Virus genome (UHGV): UHGV-0205693
DNA length: 36,794 bases
Direction: 5' to 3' (one strand)
Source of the DNA: a virus
Below, piece after piece: positions 8,301-16,072 of the stretch. The position numbers were made by a program, and so were the translations under genes. The notes beneath the pieces were generated by a model that searched no databases, was not told where the DNA came from, and saw only the letters and a list, made by a program, of their open reading frames with translations. Numbering within the stretch: the first letter of the stretch is position 1; the number at the start of each line of letters is the position of its first letter.

Positions 8301-8431
8301 GTTACCGTGTGAAAAAAATGCCCGGGGCGCCCGGGCCAAGACTACACACAGCAATTCGTATTCGTTGCGGTCTTTCCCGCATGTCATCGTACTGTCGGCG
8401 ACCCGAAGAATTATTGCCCGTCTTTCCGGAC
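8252..8431 (-). ncRNA. pL leader region with three boxB-like hairpins: GCCGG-GAAAGA-CCGGC (8252-8267), GCGG-GAAAGA-CCGC (8367-8380), GUCCG-GAAAGA-CGGGC (8416-8431)
   Basis: 5-bp stems with identical purine-rich GAAAGA loops. The third pairs better as minus-strand RNA (a G-U wobble on that strand, a C-A mismatch on the other). They lie between pL and the first early gene, as nutL does. Confidence 0.45.
8311..8336 (-). terminator. tL1-like intrinsic terminator in the pL leader (GCCCGGG-cgc-CCCGGGC followed by U7 on the minus strand)
   Basis: Seen directly. Located upstream of the first early-left gene. Confidence 0.6.
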
Positions 8432-8487
8432 TGTCAGAACTGTTTCTGAACAACTGCCGCGTGGTTAGTGCCTCGTTGATGGGAGGA

Positions 8488-8516
8488 ATATTAATAATGA
8501 TAATATTATCGGTCAA
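8488..8516 (-). promoter_or_regulatory. pL candidate (TTGACC, 17 nt, TAATAT on the minus strand) within an AT-rich OL region containing AATATTA-type palindromes (ATAATATTAT; AAAATATT..AATATTTT)
   Basis: Hexamers and spacing were read from the reverse complement. The same AATATTA palindrome family appears in OR. Confidence 0.5.
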
Positions 8517-8569
8517 CATTAAAATATTAATTACGACAATATTTTTTGTATGGTGTTGATAATTTAGAT

Positions 8570-8596
8570 AAAAAAAATCCCAGCGGGAGGCTGGGA
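8570..8596 (-). terminator. cI transcript terminator (TCCCAGC-ctccc-GCTGGGA followed by U8 on the minus strand)
   Basis: Perfect 7-bp stem followed by 8 U, 25 nt downstream of the repressor stop. Confidence 0.7.
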
Positions 8597-8620
8597 TCTT
8601 GGTTTGGATTGGGAAGTGAT

Positions 8621-9076
8621 TTATTGCTTACGTGTTGCCAATAGCTCTCTAAATAAGCGGTCGAAACCTTCTACTTTCTCTTTTAAATCAGATAAATGGC
8701 GTTCTTTTTCGCTCTGCGGAAGCCTCTCATACAAATCTATAAGTTCTGCATGTTCTGGGTTAAGAAGTTTCCAGCCTGGTCCTGATCTATCTTCGAGATA
8801 CTCCCCTGATTTCCTAACGTAATTCATCATCTCGGCTAGGTCGGGTCTGATCTCTTCTGGTTTTACCCCAAGTAGAGAGGCGAATTTTAATGTGGCATCT
8901 GTGTTTAGCGGAGTTGTGCCATTTAAGTAATGGCTTACTGACGCCTGTGTGCTAAAGCCAAGCACCTCCGCTGCCTTCTCCTGAGTCAGACGTAAAGTTA
9001 CTTTTTTCTCGTTCCAGATATCACGAAGGCGTTTGGCAGCTTCGCGCTCTACGGCGTCAATGGTTTTCTTTCTCAT
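8621..9076 (-). CDS. cI: cI-like HTH (XRE-family) repressor, 151 aa, lacking a recognisable S24 autopeptidase domain
   Basis: N-terminal HTH (LTQEKAAEVLGFSTQASVSHYLNG). Divergent from cro across the operator region. The C-terminus is too short for S24 and has no Ser/Lys dyad context. Confidence 0.75.
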   Translation of the reverse strand: MRKKTIDAVEREAAKRLRDIWNEKKVTLRLTQEKAAEVLGFSTQASVSHYLNGTTPLNTDATLKFASLLGVKPEEIRPDLAEMMNYVRKSGEYLEDRSGPGWKLLNPEHAELIDLYERLPQSEKERHLSDLKEKVEGFDRLFRELLATRKQ

Positions 9077-9119
9077 GGAGGCATGTTATTCGCAAAATTA
9101 ATTAAACTCTAAGGTCATT

Positions 9120-9170
9120 GCTATTGACGAAAAATATTAACGTTATTAATATTAATTCTGTCCAATCACA
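9120..9170 (+). promoter_or_regulatory. OR/pR: TTGACG (9125-9130), 17 nt, TAATAT (9148-9153), overlapping the 12-bp palindrome ATTAATATTAAT (operator)
   Basis: Seen directly, 30 nt upstream of cro. Confidence 0.6.
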
Positions 9171-9182
9171 GAGGCCCTAACG

Positions 9183-9416
9183 ATGAAACTGAAAGACTAT
9201 TTAAAAACATCTGGTGTTCGGCAGCATGAATTCGCCGCACTGGTTGGGAAAACTCAAGGCTACGTAAGCCGAATTGCTGCGGGAGAATGTTTCCTGTCCG
9301 CCGCGACAGCGTTGGAATGGTCTGCTGCTACTAAGTATCAGGTTACGCCGCACGATCTTCTCCCAAATATTTATCGAAAACCAACTGACGGACTGCCGGA
9401 ACAGAATGCAGCTTAA
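9183..9416 (+). CDS. cro: Cro-like HTH regulator
   Basis: 77 aa with the HTH QHEFAALVGKTQGYVSRIAAG. First gene rightward of OR. Confidence 0.75.
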   Translation: MKLKDYLKTSGVRQHEFAALVGKTQGYVSRIAAGECFLSAATALEWSAATKYQVTPHDLLPNIYRKPTDGLPEQNAA

Positions 9417-9478
9417 CAATCTGCGTTATCGAAATCTGATTACGCTTAATCAATTTTCAGCGACAGGAGACGCTCGAA

Positions 9479-9925
9479 GTGGAATACCTCGAAGAACTTA
9501 AACGAGAGATCTTTAACTGGGCAGCGGAAAGCGGGCAGGAGCTGGTTGCTATCGAGATAAGCCGCATGTGGTTTCGTCTTGGTGGTAATACTGGTTTGCT
9601 GAAGCTGCACCAGATCGAAGATGCAGATGGAAACGCCGACTGGCGGGCAATCAACAACAACCGCCAACAAATTTTTCGTTGGTTGCGAGGCGAGACCAGA
9701 GCCGCGAGAGCCAAAACTCTGGCGCTGGTCAAAGCGATGGAAGCGGCGCTGCCGGCAGAACGTTACGCGCGCTTGGGTATGTCCACCCAGTATTTAATTT
9801 GTGTGGCTATTCGTGAGTTTGCCGCAGCGATTATCGCGTTGTTACTCGACGCCAGAGACGGGCCGCAACAAGTCGCAAGAGCATTGCAAGCTATGCGTGA
9901 AACACAGCGCCTGACCAGCGTTTAA
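9479..9925 (+). CDS. phage CII-like regulatory protein (CP76-type), GTG start
   Basis: 148 aa in the position after cro. Resembles the 'phage regulatory protein CII (CP76)' family from memory. AGGAGA RBS 8 nt upstream of the GTG. Confidence 0.45.
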   Translation: MEYLEELKREIFNWAAESGQELVAIEISRMWFRLGGNTGLLKLHQIEDADGNADWRAINNNRQQIFRWLRGETRAARAKTLALVKAMEAALPAERYARLGMSTQYLICVAIREFAAAIIALLLDARDGPQQVARALQAMRETQRLTSV

Positions 9926-9945
9926 CCTGTACCGAGGAAAGACCA

Positions 9946-10167
9946 ATGAGAACACAAGACCGCATCACCTGGCGGAATGGGTTTCGCCGGAACGGGGTAC
10001 AAGTCCCGATGGAAGATATCGAATCGATTTTCGAAGAGCGTCGCGCTACTGCGCTGACAATCTGGGAACGCTACGAACTGCGCAAGGCAGACCTGCAGGA
10101 AGCGGGACTCACCCAGAAAGAATACGAAATCGCCTGCCGTCAGCTGGCTGACTCGCTGGGGATCTGA
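9946..10167 (+). CDS. hypothetical protein (73 aa) preceded by the conserved boundary cassette
   Basis: ORF with the ACCGAGGAAAGACCAATGA start context. Confidence 0.5.
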   Translation: MRTQDRITWRNGFRRNGVQVPMEDIESIFEERRATALTIWERYELRKADLQEAGLTQKEYEIACRQLADSLGI

Positions 10168-10169
10168 GT

Positions 10170-11162
10170 ATGAATATTTTGCCATTACTCGACAGGCCGA
10201 TCGCCTTCCAGCGCAGTTTTATTCGTCTGGATATTGGTGTGACGGCTGCGCTGTTTCTGTCACAAATGACCTACTGGACTAACCGATCCGACGATGACGG
10301 ATGGGTGTATAAAACCCAGGAAGAATGGGAGGAAGAAACCGGCCTTTCCCGCTATGAGCAGGAGGGGGCGCGTAAGAAACTCCGCTCAATTGGTGTACTG
10401 CTGGAAAAAAGAAAAGGCGTTCCTGCGCGACTTTTCTACAAAGTAGATAATAACGTTTTATATCAGGTGCTTGTAGCTGCAAACAAGAATGCGGAAAAAC
10501 CACATACTGGAATGCGTAAAACCACCAAACAAGTCAGGGGAAAACCAGCAAACTTTCTTACAGAGAATACTACAGAGAATATAGATCCCCCTAACCCCCA
10601 GGAGGGGGAAGGCGTTGAGTTAATTCTTTCTGATGCACAAAAAGCGCTGGAATTTTACAACGAGCAAACCGGTACCCGCTGCCGTGACCTTAAACCGTTT
10701 GTGCTGATGCTGACGCCGACCACCACCCGGGCAGGGTACACGCTGGACGAATTGCAGTTAGTTATCCGCTGGGTTCTGGCCACATGGCGCCGCCGTGGCG
10801 ATAGCCTGCCGAAGCCTGCGAACATCTGCCGGGTAAACCGCTTTGATGGTTATCTCGCTGACGCTGAAGCATGGGCGGTGACCGAAACCGATATTGATCC
10901 GGAAGCCGTTATGAACGGCTACAACGAAATTTTTGCTGACGTTCTGCCAACTGCTGAACTGGACACCGACCGCCGCCGGATGATCACCCGTCTTGCCGCT
11001 CACATGAAAAACAAAACCACGGGCGCATTTCTGGGTTATTTCGAAAAATTCCGCGCTGACGCCTCCGATTTTTACTTTGGTGAAAATGGCGGATGGCGCG
11101 CCAGCTTTGACTATCTGATGAAACCAGAGACATTGCGTAAGACCAGGGAGGGCGCTTTATGA
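10170..11162 (+). CDS. replication initiation / replisome organiser protein (lambda O-like role) with an N-terminal winged-helix domain and a conserved phage C-terminal domain. Carries internal iteron-like repeats.
   Basis: N-terminus FLSQMTYWTNRSDDDGWVYKTQEEWEEETGLS is typical of phage replication initiators. A low-complexity linker coincides with the DNA repeats. Immediately upstream of the DnaB helicase with an ATGA overlap. Confidence 0.6.
   Translation: MNILPLLDRPIAFQRSFIRLDIGVTAALFLSQMTYWTNRSDDDGWVYKTQEEWEEETGLSRYEQEGARKKLRSIGVLLEKRKGVPARLFYKVDNNVLYQVLVAANKNAEKPHTGMRKTTKQVRGKPANFLTENTTENIDPPNPQEGEGVELILSDAQKALEFYNEQTGTRCRDLKPFVLMLTPTTTRAGYTLDELQLVIRWVLATWRRRGDSLPKPANICRVNRFDGYLADAEAWAVTETDIDPEAVMNGYNEIFADVLPTAELDTDRRRMITRLAAHMKNKTTGAFLGYFEKFRADASDFYFGENGGWRASFDYLMKPETLRKTREGAL
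10478..10585 (+). repeat. candidate replication origin: three AAAACCA(C/G)CAAAC-type direct repeats (about 10494, 10517, 10539), then tandem ACAGAGAATA x2 in an AT-rich segment
   Basis: Seen directly, inside the O-like gene linker, analogous to lambda ori inside O. Confidence 0.45.
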
Positions 11163-12565
11163 TGCAGATGATGTATTCCACTCAGGAACTGGAATGTCTA
11201 GTTCTTGGCTGCCTGATGAACGGCGGCGCCACGCCGGACGCCTTTGATGTGATTGCCAGCACGCCGAGTGAGGCTTTCAGCGTCGCATACTACAGGCAGA
11301 TTTACGGTGTGATCAAAGCGCAGGCCTTGAGCGGCGGCTTAATTGACATGATGTACATTAGCGAGGCCATCGGCGGACAGGGGACGCTGGCCAATCTCGC
11401 CGATATATGCAAATTCCCGACATCGATCGTCAACCTCAAAGGTTACGCCAAAAAAATGGTAAAGGCCTGGCGAAGCCGAACCATAGCGCAATTACTTCAG
11501 GATGGTGCGGATGGTATTCGTGATGCAATAAACCAGGAGCAGCGCGATCAGGTTGTCGAAACTGCCGTGGCGCAGCTGCTGGACATGACCGGCGACACTG
11601 GCGACGTGCAGCCAGTACACATGAGTGAATTACTGCCAGTGTACATGGAAACCATGCAGAAGCGCATGGACGGTGAAGAGGGTACCCGCAACCTGAAAAC
11701 CGGGATCGAGGAACTGGACGATGCAACCGGTGGAATCAACCTGCAGGATTTGATTGTCGTCGCCGGGCGTCCGGGAATGGGAAAAACAGAATTTGCTCTG
11801 AAGATTGTCGATGGTGTTACCGCTGCCGGCGGTGGTGCGTTGATATTCAGCATGGAAATGGCCGCTGCGCAAATCGTAGAACGCTCTCTGGCGGGTTCTG
11901 GCAACATGTCGGTGTCACGCCTGCGTAATCCCCTCGATATGCAGGACGAGGACTGGGCGCGCTTTACAGCGGCCATGGAGACCATGAACGGGCGAGATAT
12001 CTGGATCGTTGATGCTACCGATCTGACGATTGAGCAAATCCGCGCCGTTGCCGAAACGCATAAGCGCCGGTATCCGCATCTGGCGATGATCGTTGTCGAT
12101 TACCTTGGCCTGATTAAAAAACCGAAGGCAGAGCGTAACGACCTCGCGATCGCCCACATATCCCGAAACTTAAAAACTATGGCTATGCGCCTGCATACGC
12201 CGACGTTCGCGCTTAGCCAGCTTTCCCGCGCTGTGGATTCCCGCCCGGCGCTCCAGCGCCGCCCGGTCATGTCAGACCTGCGCGATTCCGGTTCTATTGA
12301 GCAGGACGCCGACAGCATCATGTTTCTGTATCGCGATGAGGTTTACAACCCGGAAAGCCCGGCGGCTGGCGTCGCTGAAATTATCCTGGGTAAAAGCCGC
12401 TTCAGCGCTGCAGGCGCAATTATTTATCAGGAATTTAAAAACGGACACTTTCTGTCAATGGATCAGCATGTTGGCAAAGAGAAAACACGTATCCAACTGG
12501 AGGCCGCTAAACCACGAAAACCAAGCCGTAAATACTCCGAGAAGTACAACACCGATTCATTTTAA
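11159..12565 (+). CDS. replicative DNA helicase, DnaB family
   Basis: 468 aa with Walker A GRPGMGKTEF, the DnaB-type N-terminal domain and a C-terminal RecA-like fold with motifs (IVVDYLGL, SQLSRAVD). Confidence 0.85.
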   Translation: MMQMMYSTQELECLVLGCLMNGGATPDAFDVIASTPSEAFSVAYYRQIYGVIKAQALSGGLIDMMYISEAIGGQGTLANLADICKFPTSIVNLKGYAKKMVKAWRSRTIAQLLQDGADGIRDAINQEQRDQVVETAVAQLLDMTGDTGDVQPVHMSELLPVYMETMQKRMDGEEGTRNLKTGIEELDDATGGINLQDLIVVAGRPGMGKTEFALKIVDGVTAAGGGALIFSMEMAAAQIVERSLAGSGNMSVSRLRNPLDMQDEDWARFTAAMETMNGRDIWIVDATDLTIEQIRAVAETHKRRYPHLAMIVVDYLGLIKKPKAERNDLAIAHISRNLKTMAMRLHTPTFALSQLSRAVDSRPALQRRPVMSDLRDSGSIEQDADSIMFLYRDEVYNPESPAAGVAEIILGKSRFSAAGAIIYQEFKNGHFLSMDQHVGKEKTRIQLEAAKPRKPSRKYSEKYNTDSF

Positions 12566-12603
12566 CCGCGCCTGACCAGCGCGATTTAACCGAGGAAAGA
12601 CCA

Positions 12604-13272
12604 ATGACCACGAATTTAAATTACCCAAAACCAGTAAAACCGGACGATGGCTGCAACTGGCTACCCGTTATTCTCTGGCGCATGAACGCCGGCGCGCGCG
12701 CCCGTAGCCGTTCCGTGTTCGTTGCGGCGCCACGCCCGGAACCGGTACCCGGCATCACACCGCAAAAACCGATTAAGCGTGAAATTATCGCCCCTACGGT
12801 TTCCGGCCGCAGGCGCAAAACGCATATCGGCACTGTGATTTATTCCAAAGGAGAAAAGAGCGTACGTCTTAGTGAAGGCGTCACGGTCTGGTCTGCTGGC
12901 CCGAATGAGCATTTCGATAAAAAAACGGGCCGGCGCGTCGGCAGTATTGGCCGTCACCGTCTGGTGCTGGAGAGTATCCGCCCATTGCGGGCCAGCGACG
13001 AACAGCAGGACGCCGGGAGCATCACCGCGCAGCAGCTGGTATCGGTGATGAAAAGCAAAACGCTATCTTACCAGGGCATTCTGGCATTAATCCAGAAGCA
13101 CTATCCAGATTGTCAGGTGACGATTAAAGAACTTCACGATCGCGTGTTCGGCATGTTCATGTCGAATTACGTGGGTATCACCCGTCACGACGATATGCCG
13201 GTGGTTCACTTCACGCTTAACAGCGTCGATCCCCGTTATTACATCGAGTCAGCGAAGAACAAGAGGGCATAA
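12604..13272 (+). CDS. hypothetical nin-region protein (222 aa)
   Basis: ORF with the boundary cassette start context. Confidence 0.5.
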   Translation: MTTNLNYPKPVKPDDGCNWLPVILWRMNAGARARSRSVFVAAPRPEPVPGITPQKPIKREIIAPTVSGRRRKTHIGTVIYSKGEKSVRLSEGVTVWSAGPNEHFDKKTGRRVGSIGRHRLVLESIRPLRASDEQQDAGSITAQQLVSVMKSKTLSYQGILALIQKHYPDCQVTIKELHDRVFGMFMSNYVGITRHDDMPVVHFTLNSVDPRYYIESAKNKRA

Positions 13273-13275
13273 GGC

Positions 13276-13509
13276 ATGGCCGGGCAATCAGATTACTTGC
13301 CGCCCGGCTTACCGCTCAATCGCGCCAAATGGCCGCAGGAGTGCCAGATCAAAGAGCACTACGACATGCGCGCCTCGGCACTCATACGCCAGCTGTTCGA
13401 GAAGAAAGTTACTCGACAGGCCATCGTTGAGCAGATTGCAGCGACGCCGGAAAGCTACCGGGAGTTTTTCAAAGCGAGATTAAATTTTTGGCGGGAGAAA
13501 CGGACATGA
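13276..13509 (+). CDS. hypothetical protein (77 aa)
   Basis: ORF, coupled to the next gene by an ATGA overlap. Confidence 0.45.
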   Translation: MAGQSDYLPPGLPLNRAKWPQECQIKEHYDMRASALIRQLFEKKVTRQAIVEQIAATPESYREFFKARLNFWREKRT

Positions 13510-13658
13510 AAAAGCTTTTTAAACAGGATTTTGAAAATTACAGCGGGCGTACGCTGCGAGTTTTCGCCCTGACATTGAACTTTGTTGTGCTGTTTATCGT
13601 GATCGCGGCGCTGTCAGCCTTAGGTATCTGCATGGTTAACGTCTGGGTGAATCAATGA
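13506..13658 (+). CDS. small hydrophobic protein (50 aa, one TM helix), coupled on both sides by ATGA overlaps
   Basis: ATG at 13506 overlaps the upstream stop, and TGA at 13656 overlaps the methylase ATG. LTLNFVVLFIVIAALSALGICMV is a transmembrane segment. Confidence 0.4.
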   Translation: MKKLFKQDFENYSGRTLRVFALTLNFVVLFIVIAALSALGICMVNVWVNQ

Positions 13659-14245
13659 GCAAAAAATACACTTTGATTTATGCGGATCCGCCCTGGACAT
13701 ACCGCGATAAAGCCAAAGATGGCGAGCGTGGCGCCGGGCATAAATACCAGACCATGACTGTGCTCGATATCTGCCGTCTCCCGGTCTGGGAACTGGCCGC
13801 TGAAAACTGCCTGCTGGCTATGTGGTGGGTACCGACTCAGCCGCTGGAGGCGTTGCGAGTAGTCGAGGCGTGGGGCTTCCGCCTGATGACCATGAAAGGC
13901 TTTACGTGGAACAAATGCTACAGCCGGCAGACCGACAAACTGGCCATAGGAATGGGCCATATGACCAGGGCGAACAGTGAAGATTGCCTTTTCGCTGTGC
14001 AGGGGAAATTACCCGCCCGGCTGGATGCCGGGATCGTTCAGTCATTCACGGCCCCGCGTCTGGAGCATTCGCGCAAACCGGATATCGTGCGCGAAAAGCT
14101 GGTGCAGCTGCTGGGCGATGTACCGCGTATTGAGTTATTCGCCCGCCAGTCGTCGCATGGTTTCGACGTGTGGGGCAACCAGTGTGAATCGCCAGCGGTG
14201 GCGCTGCTGCCGGGCATTGCAGAATATATCGGGGAGGTAGCATAG
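13655..14245 (+). CDS. MT-A70-family N6-adenine DNA methyltransferase (DPPW motif)
   Basis: IYADPPW near the N-terminus. About 196 aa, typical of phage MT-A70 methylases. Confidence 0.8.
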   Translation: MSKKYTLIYADPPWTYRDKAKDGERGAGHKYQTMTVLDICRLPVWELAAENCLLAMWWVPTQPLEALRVVEAWGFRLMTMKGFTWNKCYSRQTDKLAIGMGHMTRANSEDCLFAVQGKLPARLDAGIVQSFTAPRLEHSRKPDIVREKLVQLLGDVPRIELFARQSSHGFDVWGNQCESPAVALLPGIAEYIGEVA

Positions 14246-14428
14246 ATGGCAGATTTTAGCGCAACCAAAAGAACCGCGTCGCTCGAAGATTGGGGCGACG
14301 CGCTGGAATTAATCGTCGAATTAAATGGTAAATCATTCGATATCACAGAAATGGAGATTGAAGCCGCTTACGAGGCATATAAGCGAGTTGATGATTTTTT
14401 TTATGACGAATGGGGTGATGATCAATGA
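14246..14428 (+). CDS. small acidic hypothetical protein (60 aa) between the two methylases
   Basis: ORF coupled by an ATGA overlap to the Dam gene. Confidence 0.4.
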   Translation: MADFSATKRTASLEDWGDALELIVELNGKSFDITEMEIEAAYEAYKRVDDFFYDEWGDDQ

Positions 14429-15258
14429 TTGAAAAAAAAATCAGGCATCCTGTAATCAGATATCACGGCGGGAAATTCCGACTGGCACACTGGATTATCG
14501 AGCAGATGCCGGAACACGTCTGCTATGTCGAACCGTTCGGCGGGGCTGCTGGCGTATTGCTACAAAAAGCGCGTAGCTATTCAGAGGTGTACAACGATCT
14601 CGACGGCGAGGTGGTGAACCTGTTTCGTGTATTGCGCGACCCTGAATTAAACCAGCGCCTGCAGGATGCCTGTTGCCTGACCCCGTATTCACGCGATGAG
14701 TTCTGTCACGCTCAGCAACCAGCCACTGACCCTATCGAACGCGCCCGCCGCATGGTGGTTCGTGCCTGTATGGGGTTCGGCTCTGCCGCAGGTATCGGCG
14801 GTCAATCCGGCTTCCGCAGCGACAGCAAACGCAAATACGCTACGGCGGCGCATCTATGGGAGCGTTACCCGGCTAATCTCGCTGTTGTCTGTCAGCGCCT
14901 TCAAGGAGTCATCATCGAGAACAAAGACGCTCTGGCGGTAATGCGCGCCCACGACGCAGAAACGACGCTGCATTACATCGATCCGCCATATATGCCGGAA
15001 ACACGAGTGCAGAAAAATCGTTATTACAACCATGAAATGACCGTTGAAGGGCATGAGCAATTGCTCGCTGTGTCCAGAACGATGAAAGGCATGGTGATGA
15101 TTAGCGGTTACGACACTGATGTCTACAACGACATGCTATCCGGCTGGGCGAAGACCGAGAAAGCATCGCGCATCAGTGCCGGGCGCGGTACGAAAGTCCG
15201 TACTGAATGCCTCTGGCTTAACCCTGCAGCACAACAGAAACAGGAGCGTGCAGCATGA
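14425..15258 (+). CDS. Dam-family (D12 class) N6-adenine DNA methyltransferase (DPPY motif)
   Basis: YHGGKFRLA...VEPFGGAAGV is the SAM-binding motif and HYIDPPY the catalytic motif. Confidence 0.85.
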   Translation: MIEKKIRHPVIRYHGGKFRLAHWIIEQMPEHVCYVEPFGGAAGVLLQKARSYSEVYNDLDGEVVNLFRVLRDPELNQRLQDACCLTPYSRDEFCHAQQPATDPIERARRMVVRACMGFGSAAGIGGQSGFRSDSKRKYATAAHLWERYPANLAVVCQRLQGVIIENKDALAVMRAHDAETTLHYIDPPYMPETRVQKNRYYNHEMTVEGHEQLLAVSRTMKGMVMISGYDTDVYNDMLSGWAKTEKASRISAGRGTKVRTECLWLNPAAQQKQERAA

Positions 15259-15291
15259 CAAAATGCTGTAAGTGCTGCGAGAAGGTGATTT

Positions 15292-15630
15292 ATGGCTAAA
15301 TCATCCGCAGAACGTAAAGCCGCGCAGAGGGCGCGGCAATCTGCCGCCGGCAACCGGAAAATTGAGCTGGTTCTCGATGCGCAGGAAATGGACATGCTGG
15401 CGCGTAACTGCGCCGCCCGGCGCCCGGGCCGTGAACCGTACGAACTGGCCGAGTATATATCTATGCTGATCCGTCAGGATGATGCGCGGCTTAGTGGCCA
15501 TATCAAATCGATCAGCAAACGTCTGTGTAGAAAATGCGGTGAGTCGCTGCCGATCACCTCCTGCCCGTGCGCTGGTGATTCGAAATGCTGGGTAACGCGA
15601 GGGTGGCACGAAACTAAATTGTCAGCATAG
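15292..15630 (+). CDS. putative RHH-like DNA-binding protein with a C-terminal Cys cluster (112 aa)
   Basis: N-terminus RKIELVLDAQEMDMLARN looks like a ribbon-helix-helix. C-terminal CRKCG...CPCAGDSKCW. Confidence 0.3.
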   Translation: MAKSSAERKAAQRARQSAAGNRKIELVLDAQEMDMLARNCAARRPGREPYELAEYISMLIRQDDARLSGHIKSISKRLCRKCGESLPITSCPCAGDSKCWVTRGWHETKLSA

Positions 15631-15653
15631 CGAACAACCATACCAGATAAAAC

Positions 15654-15683
15654 AGAACCGCCAGAAATGGCGGTTTTCTTTTG
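15654..15683 (+). terminator. rho-independent terminator (AACCGCCA-gaaa-TGGCGGTT followed by TTCTTTT)
   Basis: Perfect 8-bp stem with a GAAA loop and a T-rich tail. Confidence 0.75.
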
Positions 15684-15809
15684 AATTCAAACGGATATTT
15701 TCAGTTTTATTGTTGATTTTTAACGATTCGTGCTCTTAAAAGTTTGCGCTCACTGTCAGTTGGTAGTATATATACTGTGAATTTATACAGTATTATCAGC
15801 GAGGGAGAG

Positions 15810-16004
15810 GTAGTGATTGATAAGAAAGATGCAGGAGACCTTCTCCCCGATGATGGTGATGTGCTGATAACATGTAAAAAGGGCAAAATTAAGAAGACGA
15901 GAATCGTCCATTCCGATGAGCACGTAGCGACACTTAACGCGTTGTTTGAATTAGCTAAATTGACTGGTTATACCATTATCAAACCAGACGGCAATATGCT
16001 ATAA
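15810..16004 (+). CDS. small moron protein (about 64 aa, GTG start) in an AT-rich island with its own promoter-like sequence (TTGCGC, 17 nt, TATATA) and RBS GAGGGAGAGG
   Basis: AT-rich relative to neighbours. Promoter-like and SD elements at 15750-15805. Confidence 0.4.
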   Translation, partial: VVIDKKDAGDLLPDDGDVLITCKKGKIKKTRIVHSDEHVATLNALFELAKLTGYTIIKPDGNML

Positions 16005-16072
16005 TTACCCCGTTGGCCTGAACACCCAACACCATGTAATTCTGAACAATTGCTGCGCTAAAGGGGAACCCA

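Noticed and set aside
8167-8559. ORFs of 130 aa (+) and 101 aa (-) in the cI-downstream region
   Set aside because: The region is occupied by terminators, boxB-like hairpins and AT-rich operator/promoter sequence. Neither ORF has an RBS or coding-like composition.
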